32,000 nt of DNA, taken from Promethearchaeum syntrophicum. Its GTDB lineage: Archaea; Asgardarchaeota; Lokiarchaeia; Sigyniarchaeales; Promethearchaeaceae. Under the pieces are notes generated by a model. The model saw nothing but the letters and a program-made list of their open reading frames with translations, searched no databases and had not been told where the DNA came from. The stretch lies in contig NZ_CP042905.2 of assembly GCF_008000775.2 (NCBI RefSeq), forward strand, positions 3,840,001 to 3,872,000. The letters are read 5' to 3'. Both the position numbers and the translations under genes were made by a program. Positions within the stretch are counted from its first letter, which is position 1. Every line of letters begins with the position of its first letter. Shown piece by piece: positions 19,647 to 27,852 of the stretch.

Positions 19647-20506
19647 TTAATTTCTATTTTTCCTTGCACTTAAAAGTAAACCTCCAGCATATATTGCTCC
19701 AACACCTAATATTTCTTTCTGTTTATCAAATTCCTCTACGAAATTAAGAAAATCCAGATAGTTTTCTTGATTTAAGATTAATTTTTTTAACAATTCAACA
19801 TTCATAAATCTCGCAAAAGTTCCGGGTGCTGATATTCGCATTACTTGGCATCCATTTTCTCTAACTAAGATTTCCAACTCTTGAGGTGTGAAAGCATGCC
19901 AACTGGGCATTAACCCAGGTTCCAGCTTTTTCATTTCTTCATCAACCAGTAAAGTCCCAGTTCTATATATTTCTTTTATTGTTTTTAATTTTCCAAAATA
20001 TTCTAAATCAAATCCTCCTGCATCTTCTAAAATTACTCCATATTTATTGACCACACATAAAATAATTTTAGATTTTGATATCCGAATAAGCTCTTTTATT
20101 ACTTCAATATAATTGTCATAACAAAAAGAAAGTGGGGAATCCAAACAAAGTACAATATCAAATGTATTATCATCATAATCAAAGCCTTGGGAAATATCAG
20201 ATTTTATGAAAATAATATTTTCACTGATTTCAGGATTGATTCTTTGATTTGCGATTTCAATCATTTCCGTTGAAATATCAATGTGTACAACTTTATGACT
20301 GCTTCTGCCAAAGGTATTGAAAATCGACCTGGTCCAGCACCTGCATCAAGAATTTTCAAGTTTTTACGGGAATCTATGCATTTGTAAATTTCTCTCCACA
20401 ATAAATCAGAATGAACTTGTTTTCGGGGATCGTTCTCTCTTTCAAGTTCCCTTTCTGCTTTCTGATCCCAATATTCTTCATGCCCCGTCATTAATCTTAT
20501 CCTCAA
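19647..20506 (-). pseudogene. SAM-dependent methyltransferase interrupted by an apparent frameshift (ORFs 20261..20506 and 19647..20264)
   Basis: First ORF carries motif I 'ILDAGAGPGRFSIPLAEA', then leaves frame near 20300. The second frame, read upstream of its ATG, gives 'HKVVHIDISTEMIEIANQR', the expected continuation. Real gene, possible sequencing indel or disrupted gene. Confidence 0.75.
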
Positions 20507-20523
20507 AATAACTTGGAATAAAA

Positions 20524-21357
20524 TTATACAGAAGTTTTAATTCTTGAAGAAATGCCTGGAAAAACTTCTACATAATTATCATAAATCATCTTTTGGAGTG
20601 CTTCTTCATTCACCTTATCTGCAAAGAGCTCAATAGTATTACTTACCCCAAATATCGAGCTATCGTGAATTCCAAGCCCTGAATCAAGTATAATGCGATT
20701 TTCATAAGAAAAACTTTGAAACATTTGCAATGCCTCTTCAGGACTTATCGCTTGTTGCCCTACAGTTAGTCCTACTTTAATATCGTCATTATGACTCCGA
20801 ATTACCAATTGTAAAGTATCCTTATCGCAATGATCTACTATTGCGCGATCAATTTTCGCTTTTTTCAATTCCTTTAAAATGATAGAAGTGAGGGCTACCT
20901 TATCATATTTGGGGGATTGAACTATAACCGGAAGATCATATTTCTGAGCAATGCTCAATTGTCGTTTAAAGGCCATATACTCCTCTTTAGTTCCACGACC
21001 CATACCAATTTCTCCAATTCCAATTGCTTTCTTGTCACTTAAAAATTCATCCAAAAATAATAACGCTTCATCCATGATTTTTGTATTCATTGAATGAGCA
21101 GGCGGAATTCCGATTACGGGATGCATTCTTAAACCATATTTCTCACATCGCTTGATTTCTTCATTACAAAGCCAATTAAAGAAATCATAATAACTACGTC
21201 CACTTGAAAGGGGTGTTTCTTGGGGAAGGACTAACGAACTAATCACATCTCGAATTCCCATATGTCTAAACATTTTAAGGTCACCTACTGTACGATAAAT
21301 CGAATGTACAACATCAATTCGGCTTCCTGGTTGTGCAATAAATTTTTTTCGGAACAT
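20524..21357 (-). CDS. TatD-like / COG1099-like metal-dependent hydrolase family protein
   Basis: 'RTVGDLKMFRHMGIRDVISSL', 'AIGIGEIGMGRGTKEEYMAFKRQLSIAQKYDLPVIVQSP', 'AIVDHCDKDT', 'RIILDSGLG'. Confidence 0.75.
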   Translation of the reverse strand: MFRKKFIAQPGSRIDVVHSIYRTVGDLKMFRHMGIRDVISSLVLPQETPLSSGRSYYDFFNWLCNEEIKRCEKYGLRMHPVIGIPPAHSMNTKIMDEALLFLDEFLSDKKAIGIGEIGMGRGTKEEYMAFKRQLSIAQKYDLPVIVQSPKYDKVALTSIILKELKKAKIDRAIVDHCDKDTLQLVIRSHNDDIKVGLTVGQQAISPEEALQMFQSFSYENRIILDSGLGIHDSSIFGVSNTIELFADKVNEEALQKMIYDNYVEVFPGISSRIKTSV

Positions 21358-21472
21358 TGTATCTCTAGTTAATATTTTAGCGTGTTAAAATAAATATTTG
21401 GTGTTTCAAAAGGAAAAATTATCCGAGTTTTAAAAAATCGGAAAAAAAAAAAGTGCCTTTAAATTATATCGA

Positions 21473-22204
21473 TTAGGACTCATTCTCTAACGGTTTTTCT
21501 TTTTTTTCCATTTTATAATTAACAATAAATCGATCTAAATACATAAAGGGGGTATCTAATACTCCAAAGAACCATTTCGTAATCAATTGACCGAGAATTG
21601 TAATCCCTACAATATCCCATTGAGAAGGAGAAGAAAATACTCCAAAAGCAAGTGTTACAAAAATAACAGAATCCAATGCTAACATCGGAATATCGCTTAA
21701 AACACTGCGTACCCATAACATTTTGCCTTTAGTCCATTTTTTAATTTTTTGATAAAGCCACGCATCTAAATTCTCTGTTAGCAAATAAGATATCCAACTT
21801 GCACCTGTAATAGCAATACTCTGATTAAAAATTGATAACCATTGATCATTATCAACCCACCAAAAGCCAGCCGGCTCTAAGGAATTCCCAAACCAAATGA
21901 AAATGACCATCAAAATTTGAGTTAAGAAGGCGATAAAAATCATTTTATGAGTTTCTTTTTGACCAAAATGTTCATTCATGGTATCGGTTAGTTGGAATGT
22001 AAAAGGAAAGATAATCACAGCAGCTGGAGCTGTCCAATTCCAAAAAACCGCGATTTTCGCAGCTAAGATTTGAGATAAAGCAATATAAACTACATAAACT
22101 GCAATAATCACATCGGATTTATTGTATTTCCGAATATACAAGGCGATGAAACTTGTCGATAAAAATAGTGACAAGACCCAAAATACTAAAATTAAGTAAT
22201 CCAT
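21473..22204 (-). CDS. VUT/YhhQ-family transporter, probable queuosine-precursor transporter
   Basis: 'SQILAAKIAVFWNWTAPAAVIIFPFTFQLTDTMNEHFGQKETHKMI' and 'LDSVIFVTLAFG... ILGQLITKWFFGVLDTPFMYL', characteristic of the family. Confidence 0.85.
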   Translation of the reverse strand: MDYLILVFWVLSLFLSTSFIALYIRKYNKSDVIIAVYVVYIALSQILAAKIAVFWNWTAPAAVIIFPFTFQLTDTMNEHFGQKETHKMIFIAFLTQILMVIFIWFGNSLEPAGFWWVDNDQWLSIFNQSIAITGASWISYLLTENLDAWLYQKIKKWTKGKMLWVRSVLSDIPMLALDSVIFVTLAFGVFSSPSQWDIVGITILGQLITKWFFGVLDTPFMYLDRFIVNYKMEKKEKPLENES

Positions 22205-22267
22205 AGTTAAAACCTACCAGTTACCACTGGGAAACCTCCGACTCGATTTATAGGTTTAATATCGAGT
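22205..22267 (-). promoter_or_regulatory. Candidate structured leader RNA (two hairpins plus loop pseudoknot) upstream of the VUT/YhhQ-family gene
   Basis: Minus-strand hairpin 1 ACTCGAT(13-nt loop)ATCGAGT at 22241-22267. The loop AAACCTA can pair with AGGTTT (22232-22237) or with TAGGTTT (22210-22216) next to the ATG. Hairpin 2 CCAGT-GGTA-ACTGG at 22217-22230. Confidence 0.45.
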
Positions 22268-22462
22268 GCGCGATTTTGAGGGTTAATTCTGTAAAATCTT
22301 GATTGATAAAAAAACCTTTCATTTCACAGGTTAATCGATTAATAATTTCTATTTCTCTCAATTTTGAATAAAATTATATTTTTTTTTATTTTCAAGGATT
22401 CAATGATACGGAAGAATAAAAAAAGAATTTATCTTTTAAGATCTCTAAGAAAAGGAAGGTAG

Positions 22463-23287
22463 ATGAGAAAAATGAAATTAACAAGAAAAGAGGTAGGTGA
22501 ACTAGGACTCTATGATTTTCAGAGTTACATAGGAGCAATGAATCAGCCTACTTTTGGTGGAAGACACGGTACCTTAAATCTAATTAAAAATTTAGGTATT
22601 CCCGAAAAATCATTACAAAAAAAAATATCAATTTTAGAAATTGCATGCTCTACCGGATATAATACCTGCGAAATTGCTCAAAAATACAATTGTGATATCA
22701 TTGGGATAGATATTTCCGAAATTTCAATTGTTCTGGCTAGAGAAAGGAAAAAAAAACTACATCTTGATAATTGCGAATTCAAAATTGCTGATGCAATGAA
22801 TCTCCCTTTTGATGATAATACTTTTGATATTGTATTTGCTGAAGCTATCATAGCTTTATTACCTGAAAAAGGAAAAATTTTGCATGAAATTATGCGGGTG
22901 ACAAAACCCGGCGGGTGTGTGGGTACTTTGGAGGCTTTTATAAGGTCAGGAACTTCGGAAGAAATTCTGATGGAAATTAATAATGTGATGACAACCGTTA
23001 TGGGTTTTCCTATTGCGATTAAAAATTTGGATGCATGGAAGGAACTCTTTGCAGAGACAAAACTGAAAAACATTCAAATTCAGGATTATTATGATTCGGT
23101 CTTTGATCGTTCATATAAATTTTGGGAAACCCTTTCATTCTCGATGAAATTAATTTATTATTTGATTACTAACAAAAAAATTCGGCAAAAAATAATGCCT
23201 ACCATGAAACTGGCAAGAAAAATGATTAATAAAAATAGTCCAATTATTCGTAATTTGGGATATTTTATCTTTACAGGAGAAAAATGA
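22463..23287 (+). CDS. Class I SAM-dependent methyltransferase (UbiE-like)
   Basis: 'ILEIACSTGYNTCEIAQKYNCDIIGIDIS', 'ADAMNLPFDDNTFDIVFAEAIIALLP', 'EIMRVTKPGG'. Confidence 0.88.
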   Translation: MRKMKLTRKEVGELGLYDFQSYIGAMNQPTFGGRHGTLNLIKNLGIPEKSLQKKISILEIACSTGYNTCEIAQKYNCDIIGIDISEISIVLARERKKKLHLDNCEFKIADAMNLPFDDNTFDIVFAEAIIALLPEKGKILHEIMRVTKPGGCVGTLEAFIRSGTSEEILMEINNVMTTVMGFPIAIKNLDAWKELFAETKLKNIQIQDYYDSVFDRSYKFWETLSFSMKLIYYLITNKKIRQKIMPTMKLARKMINKNSPIIRNLGYFIFTGEK

Positions 23288-23321
23288 GGATTATGTACTT
23301 TTAAAGATGATGGATAAAAAG

Positions 23322-23403
23322 CGCACCCGAGGGGATTTGAACCCCCGAGCATTTTCATGCACTGGATTTCCAGTCCAGCGTCGTACGACTAGGCTACAGG
23401 TGC
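23322..23403 (-). tRNA. tRNA-Ser(GGA)
   Basis: 82 nt on minus strand: GCACCTG acceptor pairs with CGGGTGC; anticodon arm CTGGA-CTGGAAA-TCCAG (anticodon GGA); long variable arm GCAT-GAAA-ATGC; T-arm GGGGG-TTCAAAT-CCCCT; discriminator G; no encoded CCA. Confidence 0.9.
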
Positions 23404-23451
23404 AAAAAGTAAAAAATGGGAAGGAATTTAAAAAAATCCTTGTTCTTAATA

Positions 23452-23733
23452 TTATAGATCTAATTTAATTCGATTTTCAAATTTTTCGGTTAAATTAGCT
23501 TTTTCAATTGCTTTACGTACATCTTGAGATTTTGCTCCCTTTTTGATATCAATTTTTTCAGGAGTTGGGGCAAGATGGCGGACATTTACTCTTCGGCGGC
23601 GAATTTTCAATCCATCGATTAAAACAAAGCTTCGATCAATAATATCTACGATCACGCATGATAATCCTGCTTCACGACCAAGAGTTTTAACTACAACACG
23701 ACCTATTTCGAATACTGGCATATTTTGAAACAC
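23452..23733 (-). CDS. rpl14e: Large ribosomal subunit protein L14e
   Basis: 'PVFEIGRVVVKTLGREAGLSCVIVDIIDRSFVLIDG...RRRRVNVRHLAPTPEKIDIKKGA'; located downstream of cmk-rpl34e as in the classical archaeal cluster. Confidence 0.95.
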   Translation of the reverse strand: MFQNMPVFEIGRVVVKTLGREAGLSCVIVDIIDRSFVLIDGLKIRRRRVNVRHLAPTPEKIDIKKGAKSQDVRKAIEKANLTEKFENRIKLDL

Positions 23734-23872
23734 CTATTTGTGTTACCACATTTAGTTTACACTGGATTATGCCAAAACAACGTTTGGTAAAATCCTAATG
23801 TTTCATAAGTGTCCGAAAACACTTAAGAATGGTTTGAAAAAGGTAGCAAAAATTAAAAAATTTGTTATTTTA

Positions 23873-24436
23873 TTATGGCTCTTTTTCCTTCATCGAACGC
23901 ACAATACCTTCAATCGCAAGTATGCAAATTTTAGATATTTCTTCTATGTTTAACTTTGTTGTATCAATAATAAGATTGAAAGTCTTAAGTATTGTTGAGG
24001 GATCCAATATATCGAGATTGTATATTTGGATGAATCTTTCACGCTCACTTTTTTCACGTGCAATTGTTTCTTTTTGCTGGTTTTTCAAAGATCTATTATC
24101 TCGAGATGCCATTCGTTCCAATCTTACATCTTCATCACAAGTTAGTAATACACAAAAATCTTTTAATTCCCCTAGCATATAAGTTGGTAATTGCCCCTCA
24201 AAAACATATGAATTGCCCGTTTCAGCCAAAAGTCTAATTTTTGCATCAAGCAATCGATCTATTTCAAAATGGTCCTCGGAATAACGAGAAAATTCTTCTA
24301 AAGTCATTTTCTTCAATTTTGCCAATTCCCGAAAAGCCATACCGGTCGAGTAAAAAGTGAATTTGAAATAATTTGCAATTTTTTTTGCAATCGTACTTTT
24401 TCCAGTTCCATGGAGACCTGCAAATGAAATTATCAT
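23873..24436 (-). CDS. cmk: Archaeal-type cytidylate kinase
   Basis: 'MIISFAGLHGTGKSTIAKKIANYF...YSTGMAFRELAKLKKMTLEEFSRYSE'; context between L34e and L14e. Confidence 0.92.
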   Translation of the reverse strand: MIISFAGLHGTGKSTIAKKIANYFKFTFYSTGMAFRELAKLKKMTLEEFSRYSEDHFEIDRLLDAKIRLLAETGNSYVFEGQLPTYMLGELKDFCVLLTCDEDVRLERMASRDNRSLKNQQKETIAREKSERERFIQIYNLDILDPSTILKTFNLIIDTTKLNIEEISKICILAIEGIVRSMKEKEP

Positions 24437-24512
24437 TATAATGATGACTATGAAATTGAAAATAAAAATGTGAAGAAATAATGAAGAAGAAAATGAAAAA
24501 TAAAAATAAAAA

Positions 24513-24794
24513 TTATTGTTTAGAAAATTGTTCTAAAACTTTTGCTTGAATTGCATTTGATAAAGCTTTATGAGAAATTCTCCCACCGTACGGTCTATTA
24601 GGTCGTCTTTGAGTTTTACCTAATTTTCCTAATTGAGCGGGTCGTAATCTGGGAACTCCATGTAATTTAACATTTGTTACTGGGCAATGAGCATGTTTTG
24701 GTCTTCTTCGGATATAATGAATTCTCATTATGTTGCCGGGTAATCTGGTTTTAATTCGCGCTTCAGAATGTGAACGTTTTGATGGTCTAACCAT
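24513..24794 (-). CDS. rpl34e: Large ribosomal subunit protein L34e
   Basis: 'MVRPSKRSHSEARIKTRLPGNIMRIHYIRRRPKHAHCPVTNVKLHGVPRLRP...RPNRPYGGRIS'. Confidence 0.93.
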   Translation of the reverse strand: MVRPSKRSHSEARIKTRLPGNIMRIHYIRRRPKHAHCPVTNVKLHGVPRLRPAQLGKLGKTQRRPNRPYGGRISHKALSNAIQAKVLEQFSKQ

Positions 24795-24925
24795 TTTTTA
24801 TCAACTTTACTCCATAAGCTTTTTCGCTTCGAGATAGGAGAAAAAAACTTGCATAAAATATTAAATTTTCTATTTTTTCAGTTTTAGACACTTTGTTTAA
24901 AAGTAAATTTGATATAATTGATGCA

Positions 24926-25031
24926 ATGACTAATTCAATCATGCAAATTTTATGAAATCCCTAAATAATGTTTAAATTCCTTATATATATCATAGACAAC
25001 ATCTTCGAATTCTGAAATTAAGGATTTGATC
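24926..25031 (-). repeat. Direct repeat copy 1: orphan copy of the 3' end of ORF 25983..26645
   Basis: About 93% identical over ~106 nt to 25959-26064, including an exact 53-nt match (24954-25006 = 25987-26039). Encodes IKSLISEFEDVVYDIYKEFKHYLGIS* in the same orientation. Confidence 0.95.
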
Positions 25032-25120
25032 GAAGATTGATTAAAATTGTTTGATTAAATCAACATCGCTAAAAAGTGGTACCTTCATATTTTTATACCA
25101 ACCCATTCTAATGATTAATT

Positions 25121-25639
25121 ATGAAAATTTGGATTATTTACGATTCTAAATTTGGTAGTAATAAACATGTTGCTACGTTAATGCAAGAATTATTGAGCCC
25201 CAACCACGAAGTCCAGGTTGCATATGCAAAAAGAATTAGCCCAAAAGCCGTATTAGCCACAGATCCCGACGCGTTGCTGTTCGGAGGTCCTCGCAGGATA
25301 GGTAATATCAGTTATACAATTCGATCATGGGTAAAACGGTATGCAAAAACTCTACAAAGGAAACAGAGACGTATGAAAAAAATCGCTGCTTGGGAGACTC
25401 GGGGTGAAATGAAGCCCGAAACGGCTAATGCAGAATCGAAAATGGAACGCAATATTTACGAAAAAAATCTGAAGACAAGGGAACTCTGGGTAAATCTCAT
25501 AGAAAAGGTTCCAGTCGAACAACTTCCGCAAGAACTGTTAAGTTTGAATATAATAAATGAAACTTCTTTAGGGAATGGTCAACTTGAGCCGGAATATGAA
25601 TCGAAAGTCCGTGCTTTTATACAGGAGTTTGAAGCTTAA
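25121..25639 (+). CDS. Flavodoxin-like protein
   Basis: 'MKIWIIYDSKFGSNKHVATLMQELLSPNHEVQVAYAKRISPKAVLATDPDALLFGGPRRIGNIS', a flavodoxin-fold N-terminus. Confidence 0.75.
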   Translation: MKIWIIYDSKFGSNKHVATLMQELLSPNHEVQVAYAKRISPKAVLATDPDALLFGGPRRIGNISYTIRSWVKRYAKTLQRKQRRMKKIAAWETRGEMKPETANAESKMERNIYEKNLKTRELWVNLIEKVPVEQLPQELLSLNIINETSLGNGQLEPEYESKVRAFIQEFEA

Positions 25640-25958
25640 GAGAAATTACCAACTTGCACCATTTTTTTTTGCTTCCATTTTCCTTTGATGAAATGAGACT
25701 AAGTATTTTATATAAGCCATTTTCTTAGAATAAAAACAAAAACAAGTTTTTTTGCTCTATCTACATTGATTTTATGTACATTTTTACGACTTAAACCCAC
25801 CAATAATCGAAAGCGAGGAAAAGTGCCAGAAGGGTTTACAGGAATTTTCGTGCGTCTATGAGATAGTAAAATGTTTAGCCACTTAATTCTTCGACGACAA
25901 TGCTCTTATCGACAAAATAACAAGGATTATTTTAAATTTAATTAAAAATTTAGATGTT

Positions 25959-26064
25959 ATGACTAATTCAATCATGATAATTCTAAGAAATCCCTAAATA
26001 ATGTTTAAATTCCTTATATATATCATAGACAACATCTTCAATTTCTGAAATTAATGATTTGATC
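25959..26064 (-). repeat. Direct repeat copy 2: 3' end of ORF 25983..26645 plus flanking sequence
   Basis: Partner of repeat 24926-25031. Confidence 0.95.
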
Positions 26065-26645
26065 TTAGTTGGATGAGAATTGTGGGATATTCGAATATCT
26101 CGAAAATAATTCGGAAGTTCTTTTTCTAAATTCAAGATATGGATATAGAACGGTTCAAAAGTCTGCATCTCACTTAGGCTTTCGCGTAATTTAAAGATAT
26201 AATCCATTAATACTGGTTCGTCGAAATCCTCAATTAAATGGAGATAATCAATCAAAGTAATAAAATTGGATGTAATTTTTGTAGCCCCTGCAGCTAGTTG
26301 TACGGGGTTCATCTGCCATTTTTGTGCAAAACGATTAAAATTATAATCTTGAATGGAGGAAATAATAGTTAAAATTGGTTTTAAATCATTATTGACTGGA
26401 AATTTGTTAACAATATCTATCAAACTTTTATTTCTGGGTAGCAATTTTTGTTGAATTGACATCAATTCATTTTGAAAAAATCTCATCCTTTTAAAGTAAA
26501 AATCCATATCAATTAATCCAACATCGAATCTACTCTTTAAAAAATTTGCAGTTTGCAAAATCGAAAAGAGCTCTGCTTTAGATTCAATAAAATCACTATT
26601 TTTTACAGATTCTTGATAATTATTACTAGAGGGGCGTCTGAACAT
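25983..26645 (-). CDS. Helical protein of unknown function
   Basis: 220-aa ORF, predominantly helical and polar. No recognised family. Confidence 0.7.
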   Translation of the reverse strand: MFRRPSSNNYQESVKNSDFIESKAELFSILQTANFLKSRFDVGLIDMDFYFKRMRFFQNELMSIQQKLLPRNKSLIDIVNKFPVNNDLKPILTIISSIQDYNFNRFAQKWQMNPVQLAAGATKITSNFITLIDYLHLIEDFDEPVLMDYIFKLRESLSEMQTFEPFYIHILNLEKELPNYFRDIRISHNSHPTKIKSLISEIEDVVYDIYKEFKHYLGIS

Positions 26646-26711
26646 TCTTTCAAATCAGATAAAAAAAAGGGATTTTATGAACAAAAAAATATATGATATC
26701 TGGATGTCATT

Positions 26712-27677
26712 TCAGCTAGTAGCTCCCTGAAATAGAGCAATTAGATTTAAGTCCCCAGCTCCAATATCAGGTCGTAAAAGGATTAATAGAAAACTTAGTA
26801 TCACTCCAATGACTACATTGCCAATTAGCAATTTAGTTGTGTTAGTATTTCCAATTTCCCGTAAAGCTAAAGTTACCAGAACAGGTATCCAAAGAATAAG
26901 CGTTAATGCTTCAAGGAGATATATTATCGTCCATACTGGTGAACTAAATAAATCAGCAATTTGAGTATTATCTCTTGTTGGTAGCGCCACTAAAAGAAGC
27001 AAAAATCCAACAAAATTTATTACTATGAGTGGAGTGTATGCATATCTCATAATTTTATATTTCCCCGTCTGTTTAATCTTCTTCAAAGGTTTTTTCTGCT
27101 TTGCCCCTTCAAGTTTAATAGTATCTTCACTAATTTGCCTTTGCAGCCGTTTTTTTCCACTCATTAATTCTTTTAAAGAACCTTTTTTAGTCTGAATATT
27201 AAATCTTATAGCTAAAATTCCATCTAATTGAACCGAAAAATTAGAAGCAAGTGAAAAACTTAGATCATATACCCAGAAAATGATAGAATAATAAAGAATT
27301 GAGAATATAAATAGAACCAGAAAAATTGCTAATCCATTAAGGAATTTTTGTAAAAATGGCATTTCTGCAACAGTAACATGTATGTTTATCGCAACCCCCC
27401 ATAATCCAAAGAATAAAGCATTTATAAGAAGTATAAGAATCGTACCACTCTTTTTCTTTTTATTAATGTCAAAAAATGCCCAAGCGGGATTGTAAATCGT
27501 TTTTGCAATTCGCATTAATATTTTATCAGGTTTATACCATTTCTTTTCTGGTCGTTTAAATAAATAACTTAAGAAAGGAATTCCTTCAATTCGCTCAGTT
27601 TTTATATGGTATCCACAATTAGAACAGACATACTCATCAAGATCGCTTTCTGCACCGCAACTACTACATCGCCCCAT
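26712..27677 (-). CDS. Zinc-ribbon plus Yip1-like membrane domain protein
   Basis: N-terminal 'CSSCGAESDLDEYVCSNCG', then 'AKTIYNPAWAFFDI' and multiple hydrophobic helices as in Yip1-domain proteins. Confidence 0.7.
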   Translation of the reverse strand: MGRCSSCGAESDLDEYVCSNCGYHIKTERIEGIPFLSYLFKRPEKKWYKPDKILMRIAKTIYNPAWAFFDINKKKKSGTILILLINALFFGLWGVAINIHVTVAEMPFLQKFLNGLAIFLVLFIFSILYYSIIFWVYDLSFSLASNFSVQLDGILAIRFNIQTKKGSLKELMSGKKRLQRQISEDTIKLEGAKQKKPLKKIKQTGKYKIMRYAYTPLIVINFVGFLLLLVALPTRDNTQIADLFSSPVWTIIYLLEALTLILWIPVLVTLALREIGNTNTTKLLIGNVVIGVILSFLLILLRPDIGAGDLNLIALFQGATS

Positions 27678-27807
27678 TTTTTTAACACCAATTTATACCA
27701 ATTATAAATATGATTTCTTCTCTGGTAATTAATATAATATTAATATTTCCGATAAACCCTAAAAAATCTAGTATTGAAATAATACTTTCTTGGTTAAATA
27801 AAAATAA

Positions 27808-27852
27808 CTATTTATGAGTTCCACTTTAAGCTATTTATGAGTTCCACTTTAA
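27808..27852 (+). repeat. 23-nt tandem duplication across the start codon of the CDF transporter gene
   Basis: ctatttatgagttccactttaag (27808-27830) followed by ctatttatgagttccactttaa (27831-27852). Confidence 0.95.

Noticed and set aside
22339-22370. Terminator-like AACCT...AGGTT followed by T-run upstream of the candidate leader RNA (near 22305-22335)
   Set aside because: Only a 5-bp stem in AT-rich DNA between divergent genes. No upstream minus-strand gene needs termination, and its role in the leader cannot be supported.
25792-25840. H/ACA-like guide RNA: hairpin TAAACCC...GGGTTTA adjoining ACA
   Set aside because: The hairpin spans only about 47 nt, with no convincing pseudouridylation pocket or kink-turn. 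Kept only as an unexplained segment.
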